Assembly: GCA_030603385.1 (NCBI GenBank) | Contig: JAUVXW010000029.1 | Location: 1 to 61,300, forward strand | Direction: 5' to 3' | Length of the DNA: 61,300 nucleotides | DNA from: Promethearchaeota archaeon | GTDB taxonomy: Archaea; Asgardarchaeota; Lokiarchaeia; Sigyniarchaeales; SOKP01 | Shown: in pieces, positions 10,971 to 21,464 of the stretch | How the letters are laid out: every line of letters begins with the position of its first letter | How positions within the stretch are numbered: position 1 is the stretch's first letter | Notes under the pieces: model-generated | What the model was told of the DNA's origin: nothing | The model's database searches: none | What the model saw: the letters and a program-made list of their open reading frames with translations, nothing else | Made by a program: the position numbers and the translations under genes

Positions 10971-12269
10971 TTATGCAATTCTAAAAAAATAAAATAAATA
11001 AAAAAGAGCTATAAAGACTAATGCGAACTCAACAGCGATTTTTATAGACTTTTTCATCAAAATATTATAAGGAAGGATTCTCTCATGGATTAAATCTTGA
11101 TCTTTTAAGATACTTGTTATATTTGGCATCCCATGTCCTTGCGAAAACTTATCCAAATTTAAATCTCTGCATGAGTTCTTGAATAACTCATAAATTTTAT
11201 TAAAGGGAGCTTTTGGATTATATTCCTTAATGAGAGCAATCAAACCTACTCCTATTGCTGCAGCGATGCTAGTGCCTGTAACCTTTATTCGTGTGTCTCT
11301 TGATATTGGCATTTTTATTTCCGAACCTGGTAAACAAAAATCAGGTTTTAATCTGTTATCAATAGTAGGACCTCTTCCACTAAAATAAGCTATATTAAGA
11401 TCTTTTGTAAGAGAACCAAATGATATTACTTTTTTAGCAGCACTCGGGCTTCCAATTGTATTTGCACTCGGACCATAATTTCCCGCAGGGCATACTATTA
11501 ATATTCCTTTATCAACTAATGTATTGCAAGCGAATGATAATATGTCCATGCCATCAGAAGGATGTTGAGTTGTTAAAGATATTAATAGTATATCAATTTG
11601 AATATTCTGATTAACAATTAATTCAAAGATTTCCAAAACATTTGAAAAATAATATTCTTGTTTTGAATTTGAGACATTAAAATCAAATATCTTTACATCT
11701 GGGGCAATTCCAATAGAATTATTGTAAAGATCTTTAAATTGGTTGCTAATAATATTTGCCATTATTGTTCCATGCGTAATTTGATTGCCTATCCCTTTAT
11801 TAAATCCGTTTCCTTTGCCATCATATCTAGAAATAATTGAAATTGAGGGGAAATTACTGTTTATTCCATCATCAACAATGCCAATTCTTACATTTCTACC
11901 TGTGTGTGGAATTTGAGAGTTTTTGCATCTATTCAAATCTAAGATTTCATTTATTTCAAAAATAGAAAGGAATAATTTTTGGTCCTCTTCGATTTTTTTT
12001 ATTAAATCCTCTTTTTCATATTTTAAAATTTGTTCTGTATCTAAATTGGTGATTATAGAAGGAATAAAATCAAATTTATTTAAAACATTTATTTTCTTAT
12101 TTTTTGAAATGAAACTATCCCTTTTTGAAATATCATCGAAAGAAATAATCACTCGAAACTCTTCTTTTTTATCTGAAGTTTTTCTTCCTTGATTTTTAAT
12201 TTCTTTCAGAAAGAGGTGATATATTTTCTCAGCTTTCATTGTATTTGAAATTAAGTTAATTTTAGTCAA
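10971..12269 (-). CDS. Subtilase (peptidase S8) with C-terminal TM anchor; true start may be the downstream MKAEK Met
   Basis: Catalytic triad IVDDG / HGT / GTSIAA, oxyanion PAGNYG, FSGRGPT..RLKPD; C-terminal hydrophobic helix. Confidence 0.88.
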   Translation of the reverse strand: MTKINLISNTMKAEKIYHLFLKEIKNQGRKTSDKKEEFRVIISFDDISKRDSFISKNKKINVLNKFDFIPSIITNLDTEQILKYEKEDLIKKIEEDQKLFLSIFEINEILDLNRCKNSQIPHTGRNVRIGIVDDGINSNFPSISIISRYDGKGNGFNKGIGNQITHGTIMANIISNQFKDLYNNSIGIAPDVKIFDFNVSNSKQEYYFSNVLEIFELIVNQNIQIDILLISLTTQHPSDGMDILSFACNTLVDKGILIVCPAGNYGPSANTIGSPSAAKKVISFGSLTKDLNIAYFSGRGPTIDNRLKPDFCLPGSEIKMPISRDTRIKVTGTSIAAAIGVGLIALIKEYNPKAPFNKIYELFKNSCRDLNLDKFSQGHGMPNITSILKDQDLIHERILPYNILMKKSIKIAVEFALVFIALFYLFYFFRIA

Positions 12270-13065
12270 ACTTGTATTCTTTTAACACTTCTTCAACTGT
12301 ATAATTCTTATGAACTATTTTTGAAATGGCACTTACCATTTTTGTAGGGTCTTTAGATTGAAACACATTTCTTCCAAAGGCTACACCAGATCCTCCAGCT
12401 TGCAGAGAGTCATAAACCATTTGTAACACATCTGGAATAGTATCCATTTTTGGTCCTCCAGCTATAATAACTGGAATATGTTTTACACTCTTAACAATAT
12501 ACTCAAATGATTCAATATCACCAGTATAATTTGTTTTAACAATGTCTGCTCCTAATTCTACTCCAGCTCTGACTGCAATATTTACTACTTTAGGATCATT
12601 TTCATCTTTGATTTTTTTCCCTCTTGGGTATACCATTGCTATTAAAGGAACGCCCCATTTCCTTGATGCCTCTACAACTTCACTAGCGTCTTGGAGCATC
12701 TCAGGCTCTTCATCTGCACCTATATTGATATGAATTGAAACTCCATCAGCTCCTAATTTTAAAGCTCTTTCAACGGAACATACTAACACTTTCCTATTTG
12801 GATCAGGTGCTAAGTCAGTCGCTGCAGATAAATGGATTATTAATCCTATATCCATTCCATATTGCCTATGTCCTGCGCCTACCATACCAGAATGCATTAG
12901 TACTGCATTGGCTCCACCCAATGCGACCTTGTCAACCATTTCGGCAACATCTTCTAATCCCTTAATTGTTCCTAATGTTAAACCATGATCCATTGGTATT
13001 ATGATCGTTCTTTTAGTTTTTCGATCAAAAAGTCTTTCTATTCTAATACTTTTTCCAATACTCAA
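12262..13065 (-). CDS. aroA': 2-amino-3,7-dideoxy-D-threo-hept-6-ulosonate synthase (archaeal class I aldolase family); TTG start
   Basis: [22 protein letters not shown], Schiff-base [23 protein letters not shown]; resembles the MJ0400 type. Confidence 0.8.
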   Translation of the reverse strand: MSIGKSIRIERLFDRKTKRTIIIPMDHGLTLGTIKGLEDVAEMVDKVALGGANAVLMHSGMVGAGHRQYGMDIGLIIHLSAATDLAPDPNRKVLVCSVERALKLGADGVSIHINIGADEEPEMLQDASEVVEASRKWGVPLIAMVYPRGKKIKDENDPKVVNIAVRAGVELGADIVKTNYTGDIESFEYIVKSVKHIPVIIAGGPKMDTIPDVLQMVYDSLQAGGSGVAFGRNVFQSKDPTKMVSAISKIVHKNYTVEEVLKEYKFD

Positions 13066-13176
13066 GGTAAAAATCTATCTGGTATTTAATTTAAGTTTAG
13101 ACTGTTCATTATCAAATAAAAATTTATTCTATCTATAATTTTTATCCATAAGATTTCATAAATAGAATTGAACTAG

Positions 13177-14067
13177 ATGAAGGAACTACTTTATACTTTT
13201 TTAAAAGATTTTTTTGCAACAAGTAAACTTAATCGATTACCAGAAAGCTATGGGGGTGGGAGAATTTTCTCAAAACCTCTCATAGGGATCGCCAACGGTG
13301 ATGATCCCATTTTTGAAAAATTTAAGGAAGTAGCTGCACCTCGTCATATGACACCAGCAGAGATGTGGATAGCTAGTGACTGTCCAGAAGCGCCAAATTT
13401 AGCTTCACAATTACGAATAATTTCTGTTGTTTGTCCATTTTCTAATCATATTCGGGAAGAAAGTATGAAAGCAAAAATCATGCCTGCTGAAATTTATTCT
13501 ATTGGCAGGAATTATGCGAATGCATTTAAGATTGATGTTATGAAGCAATTAATACAATTTTTTCAAGAAAAAGGTTTTCAAGCCACAGCTGGTATGCTTA
13601 GTGAAGCTTTTGACATTTATTCAGGATTTTTATCAACTTGGTCCGAACGCCACATAGCATTTGCTGCGGGTTTAGGAACTTTCAGCTTACATGAAGGTTT
13701 CATTTCCGAAGTTGGATGTAATATAAGGTTATGTTCAGTTATCACTAATGCTCCTTTAGAAGCAACTCCTCGAAATAGTGACGATCCTTATGCAAATTGT
13801 TTATTCTATGCTAAAGGAACATGTAGAGAATGCGAAAAAAAATGTCCTGGGGATGCAATTGATGAAAATGGTCATGATAAATTAAAATGTTGGACTTATG
13901 GTAGAAAAGTAGAAGCAGAAATGAATGCTCGTCTCGGTTCAATTCTTAAACCACATTGGCGCCGAGTTAGAGGAGAATATAAAGAACAAAAACCTCCTGT
14001 AGGTTGTGCTTTTTGTCAATATGACGTTCCTTGTATGGATAAAAATCCTATGGCATCTGAAAATTAA
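13177..14067 (+). CDS. Epoxyqueuosine reductase/reductive dehalogenase-like 4Fe-4S protein
   Basis: WSERHIAFAAGLGTF, IRLCSVITN; Cys clusters CLFYAKGTCRECEKKCP and GCAFCQYDVPC. Confidence 0.75.
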   Translation: MKELLYTFLKDFFATSKLNRLPESYGGGRIFSKPLIGIANGDDPIFEKFKEVAAPRHMTPAEMWIASDCPEAPNLASQLRIISVVCPFSNHIREESMKAKIMPAEIYSIGRNYANAFKIDVMKQLIQFFQEKGFQATAGMLSEAFDIYSGFLSTWSERHIAFAAGLGTFSLHEGFISEVGCNIRLCSVITNAPLEATPRNSDDPYANCLFYAKGTCRECEKKCPGDAIDENGHDKLKCWTYGRKVEAEMNARLGSILKPHWRRVRGEYKEQKPPVGCAFCQYDVPCMDKNPMASEN

Positions 14068-14091
14068 GAGAAATTTCTGAGAATTTTGAAA

Positions 14092-15666
14092 TCACCAAGG
14101 TCTTCTGAGAGTAGTTGGCCTACTCATTTCAGACTTATGCGGATAATCTAAGTTAAAATGAATTCCTCGGCTTTCTTTTCTAGAAATTGCACTCACGATG
14201 ATTAATTTTGCGACTGTAGCCAAATTTCTCAATTCTACGAGATTTTTCTCAATTTTAAAATCCCAATAATATTGGTTTATTTCATCAAGCAATAAGTTAA
14301 TCCTTTTCTTAGCTCTTTGAAGGCGTAAATCGGTTCTAACGATCCCTACGTAATTCCACATGAAACGCCGAATTTCGTCCCAATTTTGCGTAATAATAAC
14401 TGCTTCAGTAGAAGGTACTGCATTTCCAGGTTCCCATTCTTTAAACTCATTAATTTTTAAATCTTTTATTACATTGCCCAGTGTTTTAGCACACTCATAA
14501 CTACACACTAATCCTTCCAACAAGGAATTACTGGCCAACCGATTCGCTCCATGTAATCCCGTACACGCGGATTCCCCAACAACATAGAGATTTTTTACTT
14601 TTGTAGAACCATCAATCTTGGTTAAACAACCCCCTACACTGTAATGCGCAGATGGTACAACGGGAATTGCTTCTCTAGTTATATCAATATTAAATTTTAA
14701 GCAATTTTCATAAATCCCAGGAAAATGACTTTTGATAAAATTAGGATCTTTTTTTGAAGCAATATCTAATAGTACATGATCGTCCCCAGACTTTTTTAAT
14801 TCGGCATCGATCGCTCTTGATACTATATCTCGTGGAGCTAATTCTTTAGAAGGGTGGTAATTTTGCATAAACTCATTCCCACTTATATTCCTTAGAACAG
14901 CACCCTCACCACGTAAAGCTTCTGATATTAAAAATGATTTTGCATAAGGGTGATAAAGACATGTCGGGTGAAATTGATAAAATTCCATATTTGCAATTAT
15001 AACTCCTGCCCTGTATGCCATTGCAATACCGTCTCCTGATGCAATATCTGGATTTGTCGTATAAAGGTAAATTTTGCCAGCACCCCCAGTTGCTAAAATT
15101 GTAGCTTTTGCAGTTATATTATGAATTTCATTAGTTTTTTGATCTAAGACATAAGCTCCATAACATTTGAAGTTCTCTGCGTATAAATTAACAGCACACC
15201 AATATTCTTTAATTTCAACATTAGGTAATTTTTTCACATTCCTAATAAGTGCTTGCTCAATAGATTGTCCCGTTTGATCATTTACATGAAGAACTCTTCT
15301 TACTGAATGCCCCCCTTCCTTACCAAGGTCATATTCTCCATTTTCATTACGAGTAAACTCTACACCAACCAATTCTATTAGGTCATTTATCCTTTCTGGG
15401 GCTTGAGTGATAATTTTTCTTACAACTTTTTCATCACATAAACCATCTCCCGCTACTAAAGTATCGCGAATATGTTTCTCAAAATTATCATTATTATTCC
15501 AAACACAGGCAATACCACCTTGAGCATGAAATGTACTACTTTCATGGAGACTTTCTTTAGTAATTAATAGAATTCTTTCATCTGGAACTAATTTAGAAAG
15601 ATATAATGCGAGTGAAAGTCCAGAAATCCCGCTTCCGATAATTAAGAAATTAGTTTTGAGCTTCAA
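14092..15666 (-). CDS. nadB: L-aspartate oxidase
   Basis: GSGISG, AQGGIA, EGGHSVRRVLH, EFYQFHPT, LISEALRGEG, ELAPRDIVSRAI, TGLHGANRLASNSLLEG, RKESRGIHF. Confidence 0.95.
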   Translation of the reverse strand: MKLKTNFLIIGSGISGLSLALYLSKLVPDERILLITKESLHESSTFHAQGGIACVWNNNDNFEKHIRDTLVAGDGLCDEKVVRKIITQAPERINDLIELVGVEFTRNENGEYDLGKEGGHSVRRVLHVNDQTGQSIEQALIRNVKKLPNVEIKEYWCAVNLYAENFKCYGAYVLDQKTNEIHNITAKATILATGGAGKIYLYTTNPDIASGDGIAMAYRAGVIIANMEFYQFHPTCLYHPYAKSFLISEALRGEGAVLRNISGNEFMQNYHPSKELAPRDIVSRAIDAELKKSGDDHVLLDIASKKDPNFIKSHFPGIYENCLKFNIDITREAIPVVPSAHYSVGGCLTKIDGSTKVKNLYVVGESACTGLHGANRLASNSLLEGLVCSYECAKTLGNVIKDLKINEFKEWEPGNAVPSTEAVIITQNWDEIRRFMWNYVGIVRTDLRLQRAKKRINLLLDEINQYYWDFKIEKNLVELRNLATVAKLIIVSAISRKESRGIHFNLDYPHKSEMSRPTTLRRPW

Positions 15667-15817
15667 TGGAAAATTATGTTTTTTCCGTAATTTAATTGAA
15701 TGTTATTTTTAATTACCAATAATTAAATTCAAAATTTTATAAATTTTTGTTTTATTTACAAAGACATAGCTATAAAAAAATAAGATATTCAAACCTAACT
15801 TGTTAATCAGAAACTTC

Positions 15818-17434
15818 TCAAATTTTTTGTTTAAAATATTTTTTGATGAGATTCTTTGTTGGAACAAAACGGGAGACATTTCCTTGAAAAGTTTTAAGTT
15901 CATTTGAGAATTTATTTTCAAAATCCCTAGAAAATTCATCTAATTTTTTAAACAATACAGGTAATTCCATGGTTGCTACTAAGGCGACAATATGATACTT
16001 TCCATAACCAAATAACAGAAAAACTCCTTGTTTATCGATTTTTCTGAGTTGTTTCTTACTCTGGGTAATTTCAGAAATTATTGTTATTATTCCAGAGAGA
16101 ACGCCTGACACAAGATCTCGGTCAAATTGAATTGTTCCTTCTTTGTCTTCAGTTTTTCCTTTTTTTTCAAAATCATGCTCATACAGACATATTCCTGTCT
16201 TACTGAAAACAAGAAGATTATTTAAAGTGTCTGCCCATTTTTTTTCTTTTGATACTAAGAATTCTTTCATTCCCATCATCCAAACTAAGAGAATAACTAA
16301 AATATAACTATTTAGAAGATTTGGAAAGTCTGATATGAAATCTTCATTATCAGGTATACTTATTATCCATTTACTTAACATAAATCCAAAGATCGCTCCA
16401 AGAAAAAATAATAACATAAAAATTCCATTTATTCGACCCCGAAACTTCAAATTGCCTCTTTCTGTAGAAAAATCTCCTGCAATTGTAAAGATAGCAAGAA
16501 TAAGGGGTCCTATTGAGAATCCGTAATGAATGGAAAGGAAAATTTTTCTAGGCATACCTAATATAACGGATTTATTCTCAAATGAGCCATAAGATATTAA
16601 AAAAAATGAAACAACTAAAATGCCTAACACGATTGTTATTTTACGACCTAAATTATCAAAAAAACAACCAGCAGCAATACAATATAAAGAAGTGACTATT
16701 ATAAATAAAAGAAAATCTACATCAAAGCTATATCTTGCAAATAAACCTCCCAAAGTAAAACTTAAGATAGTAAAACTAGAGGAATACCTAAAAAAATGTT
16801 TTTCAAAAATTATTTTTAAATATTTTTTATCAGATTTCAATCGTTCCTCGGTTTCTTTATATTTATAACTTCTAGAATACCAATAAATGATTAGAAAGAC
16901 AAAAAATACTAAAATACCGAAATATATGTATAAAAAATCAAATACAATGAAAATTATTGAAATAAATCCTAAATTAAAACTCGGAATCAATAGGTAAGTC
17001 GATATTCTACCACGATTTAAAATATTGGTTTCATGAACCAATGTTGTAAACCACACAATAATTAATTGAGGGATTGTTAATAGCACTATTAACAAACCTA
17101 TAAAATTGATAATTTTGTCAGAAATTGCACTCATTAGAAGCCCAAAAATACAAACAAGCAACGTCAGATTATAATATCTTGTTCGATTTTTTATGAAATC
17201 AACTAATGTACCTGATATGAAAAAAGAAATAGCAACTGTAAACACGAAAATGTATCCCTCTACACTCAAAGTACCAACATCCCTAACCATCTTAATATAA
17301 TTGAATATTAAAGCTTCTAGAATTAGCATTATTGCGAGTAAGGAAAAAAATAAGTAAAGAAAAGTTTTTTTTGGTATATTTATATCTCTAGCAAAAACCT
17401 TACTAAACCATTGTTTAATAGATTCTCTTTTCAT
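15818..17434 (-). CDS. 12-TM MFS-like membrane protein fused to a C-terminal longin-like domain
   Basis: MFS motif A-like GTLVDFIKNR and GCFFDNLGRK, RGR motifs before TM5/TM11; C-terminal LLVFSKTGICLYEHDF...DLVSGVLSGIITIISEI...LDEFSRDFENKF resembles Asgard longin domains. Confidence 0.7.
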   Translation of the reverse strand: MKRESIKQWFSKVFARDINIPKKTFLYLFFSLLAIMLILEALIFNYIKMVRDVGTLSVEGYIFVFTVAISFFISGTLVDFIKNRTRYYNLTLLVCIFGLLMSAISDKIINFIGLLIVLLTIPQLIIVWFTTLVHETNILNRGRISTYLLIPSFNLGFISIIFIVFDFLYIYFGILVFFVFLIIYWYSRSYKYKETEERLKSDKKYLKIIFEKHFFRYSSSFTILSFTLGGLFARYSFDVDFLLFIIVTSLYCIAAGCFFDNLGRKITIVLGILVVSFFLISYGSFENKSVILGMPRKIFLSIHYGFSIGPLILAIFTIAGDFSTERGNLKFRGRINGIFMLLFFLGAIFGFMLSKWIISIPDNEDFISDFPNLLNSYILVILLVWMMGMKEFLVSKEKKWADTLNNLLVFSKTGICLYEHDFEKKGKTEDKEGTIQFDRDLVSGVLSGIITIISEITQSKKQLRKIDKQGVFLLFGYGKYHIVALVATMELPVLFKKLDEFSRDFENKFSNELKTFQGNVSRFVPTKNLIKKYFKQKI

Positions 17435-17557
17435 AATTAATTTCTATTAATTTATTGATGCTAATACTTTTTAGAGCTACCTTTTATTTAATATTTTTGT
17501 CAACATCCATCCATAAATTTTATTTAAATTCTAAATTTATTGTATAATTGATGAACC

Positions 17558-18037
17558 GTGAATAAAGTTAAGCGAGTTCTCTTTATATGTTTAGGAAATA
17601 CTGCAAGATCTCCAGCAGCAGAATATTTAGCTCGATATTACGCAGAAAGGAATATCACTGATCTAATTTTTAGCAGTGCTGGATTCATAAATGCGTTTTC
17701 ATACATGCAAAGAGAATCTCAAGAATATTTAAATTCAAAAAAAATTAATCACTCAGATTTTCAACCTCAATTAATTACTCTTTCTTTATTAGAAAGCCAA
17801 GATTTAATATTGACAATGGAAAAATCCCACTCAAAAGATATAATAAGTAGATATAGGAATATACCCAATATTGAAAAGAAGACTTATACTTTAAAGGAAT
17901 TTAATGGGAAATCTCAAGATCTTGATATCATTGATCCATACTATACTTCAACTGAAAAATATAAAGAGGTTCTTAAAACTATTGATGATTATGTTAAAAA
18001 AGCCATTCAAAAAATAATAGATGAAAAAGCATCATAA
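17558..18037 (+). CDS. Low-molecular-weight protein-tyrosine/arginine phosphatase
   Basis: VLFICLGNTARSPAAE (CX5R), DLILTME, DIIDPYY. Confidence 0.9.
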   Translation: MNKVKRVLFICLGNTARSPAAEYLARYYAERNITDLIFSSAGFINAFSYMQRESQEYLNSKKINHSDFQPQLITLSLLESQDLILTMEKSHSKDIISRYRNIPNIEKKTYTLKEFNGKSQDLDIIDPYYTSTEKYKEVLKTIDDYVKKAIQKIIDEKAS

Positions 18038-18080
18038 CAAATATTTAAATACGGTCTTGATAAATAATTACAAGTAAATC

Positions 18081-18230
18081 TACGCAGTCCACGCTATGAG
18101 GCTTATTATGGTTTCTGGAGTTACCACTTGGGACGCTATCGGTACAGATGTTCTTGTACTTTTGGGATTTGGCATTATATCAACACTGTTAGGAATCCTC
18201 TTGTTTCGGCGAAAAACTGCAATTCTATAA
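18081..18230 (+). pseudogene. Orphan 3' remnant of an ABC-2 type permease gene
   Basis: My translation YAVHAMRLIMVSGVTTWDAIGTDVLVLLGFGIISTLLGILLFRRKTAIL* matches the typical ABC-2 C-terminus; in-frame stop at 18075-18077 just upstream; T-tract downstream. Confidence 0.7.
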
Positions 18231-18385
18231 ATTTCTTTTTTTTTTATTAATTATAAGGTACTTTGTTCTTATCTCAAGAACAACATAACTTTAAGATTAA
18301 GTTTTAAATAATTCAACAGCTATAATTATTTATTAACAAATTACGAATGATTATTCTAATTTTGAGAAATTAGGGGTAATTAATA

Positions 18386-18916
18386 TTGGATGTCTACAAG
18401 AAGGAGTTAAATGAGAGATTACATAATCCTATTGAGAACATTAACTCAGTTAAGGGGTTCGAAATCATAACTGAATCATTAGTCTATAAAGTTTATGACG
18501 TGTTTGGGCGTAATAGCTTACTTTCGATTTTATATCAAACAGGAGTATTTCCAGGGACAATTATTGCAGAGCGAATAAAAAAAGAACATAACAAAGAAGA
18601 ATTTGAAATAATGGAAGCCTTAGTAATTCTAATAGATGAATTAAAAGAATTCTATTCGATACAGGTGAGAGACATTGAACAATACGAAGATAGATATAGA
18701 ATCATTATTGAAAATTACTGTTTTTTACGTGAACCCATTAAACATAGAGAAAAATTGAAATTTGGTAAAGCATTTTGTCGAATTAATAAAGGATACTTTG
18801 AAACAGCATTCAAAATACTTATAGGAAGCAAGGTGAAGAAAATTGAGATAAACTTTCTTGAAGATGACCCCGCGAAAGATGTTTGTGTTGAAGAACTGAA
18901 TTTTTACTTTAAATAA
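18386..18916 (+). CDS. V4R/TRAPP(Bet3)-like ligand-binding fold protein
   Basis: ILYQTG..G..IA helix, CF, FCRINKGYFETAF, DVCVEEL pattern typical of V4R/Bet3-fold proteins. Confidence 0.55.
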   Translation: MDVYKKELNERLHNPIENINSVKGFEIITESLVYKVYDVFGRNSLLSILYQTGVFPGTIIAERIKKEHNKEEFEIMEALVILIDELKEFYSIQVRDIEQYEDRYRIIIENYCFLREPIKHREKLKFGKAFCRINKGYFETAFKILIGSKVKKIEINFLEDDPAKDVCVEELNFYFK

Positions 18917-19174
18917 AATTTATTCTTTCAAAGATTTTAAAAATTCCTTATATTTGAGAAGTCTAACAACTTTGACTTTTAACACTTTAATTTATATTTT
19001 ATAGAAATATATAATAGGATCTCTTGAAAGTGATAATAAGGGATATTCATTTGCATCACACATGATTCCTTTTGAATTACAAAATGTCAAAGATTAAAAA
19101 AAAATATAACATTACAAAAATTAACTTTAACATTATAAAATTTAATTTAAACTAAAAAAAGTTGAGAAAATAAT

Positions 19175-20347
19175 ATGGTAGATATAAAAAATGTTGTAGT
19201 AATTGGTGCTGGCCAAATGGGCCATGGTATTGCCCAAATGTCATTACTTGCAGGATACAATGTTACTCTTGTCGATATAAAAGATGAATTTGTGGACAAA
19301 GGTTGGGGTAAAATAGATGAAGGAATGAAAAAGCTAGAAACCAAAGGAAGTTTACCTGAGGGTGCTACTGCCGCTGGTTTAATGGCGAATTGTAAAAAAT
19401 CAACAGATTTAGCTTCTGCCGTTAAGGACGCTGATATTATGATTGAAGCTGTAGTGGAAAGAATGGATGTTAAGAAAGAAGTCTTCAAAACTGCTGGTGA
19501 AAATTCTCCATCTCACTGCATTCTCGCTTCAAATACATCAACCATGAGTATTACTGATATTGGAAAGGATTCTGGAAGACCAGATAAATGTATAGGAATG
19601 CACTTCTTTAATCCGGTCCCACTCATGCGTTTAATAGAAGTTATATATAGTGATCATTCTTCCGACGAAAGCGTAAACAAAGGTATTGAATTTGCAGAAA
19701 CTATACCATGTCTCAGAGGAAAGAGGTATGTTCCAAAGGTTTTAAAAGATAGACCAGGATTTATTTGCAATCGAGTCACCGCTCCAGCTCAAATTTATCA
19801 AAATTATGTGTTTGATAAAGCTGAGGCAGAAAATCTTTCTTGGGATCAGCTTGACAACGATTCTCGAGTGGGTCCTATGTCTATGACCGTGTTAGCTGAC
19901 TATGTGGGAATAGATGTGTTGTACCATGGACAGATGTATTACTCTCAAACACTTTCTCCCGATTTTGCTCCTGGTAAAGTAATAACTAATTTATTTAACG
20001 AAGGAAAATTAGGAGCTAAAACTGGTCAAGGATTTCGAGACTGGACTAAAGGTAGACCTCAACCCGATAAAAGTGCTGGAAAAGCAAGATTATATAAACT
20101 AAAATATCCTCTTGCGATTATGTTAAATGAAGCTTGTCGTGTTTTAGAAGAGGGAGTTACAACGAGTTGGAAAGTAATAGATGACACTTTAATGGCAGGA
20201 ATGAATATGCCGGGTCCTATGGCCGCAAATGTGAATACCTGGTCAAAACAAGTCGAAGTGTTAGAGGAACTTGTAGAATTTACAGGAAAAGAATACTTTA
20301 AACCTTGCGAAATGTTGAAATCCGGGAAATGGACTGAAATGAAATAA
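19175..20347 (+). CDS. 3-hydroxyacyl-CoA dehydrogenase with duplicated C-terminal domain
   Basis: GAGQMGHGIAQ, IEAVVE, ASNTSTMSIT, GMHFFNPV, PGFICNR, GKLGAKTGQGF. Confidence 0.93.
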   Translation: MVDIKNVVVIGAGQMGHGIAQMSLLAGYNVTLVDIKDEFVDKGWGKIDEGMKKLETKGSLPEGATAAGLMANCKKSTDLASAVKDADIMIEAVVERMDVKKEVFKTAGENSPSHCILASNTSTMSITDIGKDSGRPDKCIGMHFFNPVPLMRLIEVIYSDHSSDESVNKGIEFAETIPCLRGKRYVPKVLKDRPGFICNRVTAPAQIYQNYVFDKAEAENLSWDQLDNDSRVGPMSMTVLADYVGIDVLYHGQMYYSQTLSPDFAPGKVITNLFNEGKLGAKTGQGFRDWTKGRPQPDKSAGKARLYKLKYPLAIMLNEACRVLEEGVTTSWKVIDDTLMAGMNMPGPMAANVNTWSKQVEVLEELVEFTGKEYFKPCEMLKSGKWTEMK

Positions 20348-20368
20348 GCCTTTATGGATTAATTTCTA

Positions 20369-20398
20369 TTTTTTTTCTTTTTTCTTTTTCTTTTTTTT
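20369..20398 (+). terminator. Oligo-T tract terminator
   Basis: Long T-rich run shortly downstream of the stop codon. Confidence 0.55.
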
Positions 20399-20538
20399 AA
20401 TTTTAATCTATTTATTCAAATAGATAAAGAAATCTTGATTTGAAAATTTTTAATTATAAAAAATATATTACTAATTATCTTAAAAAAACATAGTTAAAGA
20501 TTGAAAAAAACAAATTAAGAAAATAAACCTAAATAGAG

Positions 20539-21378
20539 TTGAAAAAAATGTCAGAAAAAGAATTTAAAGATGTTTTAGTAGAAAAGAATGAAGAAGGAAA
20601 TTATGCAGTTATTTCTATAAATAGGCCAGATAAATTGAATGCTCTAACAACTGATACTCTAAGAGAGATCTACGAGGCTATGGAACAGTTTGAAATTGAT
20701 AGTAGTATAAGATGTATAGTGCTTCGAGGAACTAAAAACATTACCAAGAAAGCTGCTTTCTCCGCTGGTGCTGATTTATCTGCGGGAATGGGCAAAGGGT
20801 TAAAACCGAATATACCTTCTCACATGGCTTTGGCTATGCAACAAAAGCATAAGTATTATACTTTAATTGAATCATTTCCAAAACCTGTTATTGCCGCAGT
20901 AGATGGATATGCCTTCGGAGGGGGATGCGAATTAACTCTTGTTTGTGACGTTGTAATTGCTACCAAAAGATCATTTTTTGGTTTTCCAGAAATTAAACGC
21001 GGAATTTTTCCTGGCAATGGAGGGACTCAAAGGATGGCACGACATATTGGATTAGCAAGAGCTATGAAAATGTGTTATTTTGGTGAGAGAGAAGCTGCAG
21101 AAACTATGAGTAACTGGGGCTATGTTAGCTTTTTATGTAATGATGGAGATGAATTTGAAACCCTTATTCATGAAAAAGCATCAGTGCTGGGAAATGCAGC
21201 AACTACAAGTCTATTTTGCATCAAGAAAGCTGTGAAATTTGGAACCCAAGTACCTATACAAATTGGCAACATATTTGAAATGCTTGGCTTCGGAGTAAAC
21301 GCGGGATCTAAAGATGTAAATGAAGGTATTATGGCCTTTTTGCAGAAGAGAGAGCCCAAATTTACAGGTGGGATGTAA
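20539..21378 (+). CDS. Enoyl-CoA hydratase/isomerase (crotonase)
   Basis: NRPDKLNAL, AFSAGADL, PKPVIAAVDGYAFGGGCEL, FPEIKRGIFPGNGGTQR (both catalytic Glu present). Confidence 0.93.
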   Translation: MKKMSEKEFKDVLVEKNEEGNYAVISINRPDKLNALTTDTLREIYEAMEQFEIDSSIRCIVLRGTKNITKKAAFSAGADLSAGMGKGLKPNIPSHMALAMQQKHKYYTLIESFPKPVIAAVDGYAFGGGCELTLVCDVVIATKRSFFGFPEIKRGIFPGNGGTQRMARHIGLARAMKMCYFGEREAAETMSNWGYVSFLCNDGDEFETLIHEKASVLGNAATTSLFCIKKAVKFGTQVPIQIGNIFEMLGFGVNAGSKDVNEGIMAFLQKREPKFTGGM

Positions 21379-21406
21379 TTTTTATCTTTTTTTTTATCTT
21401 TTTTTT
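21379..21406 (+). terminator. Oligo-T tract terminator
   Basis: T runs immediately after TAA. Confidence 0.55.
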
Positions 21407-21464
21407 AATAAATTAATAAAAATTAGCTATAATATTATATATAAGCACTTATAGTTCTGAAAAT

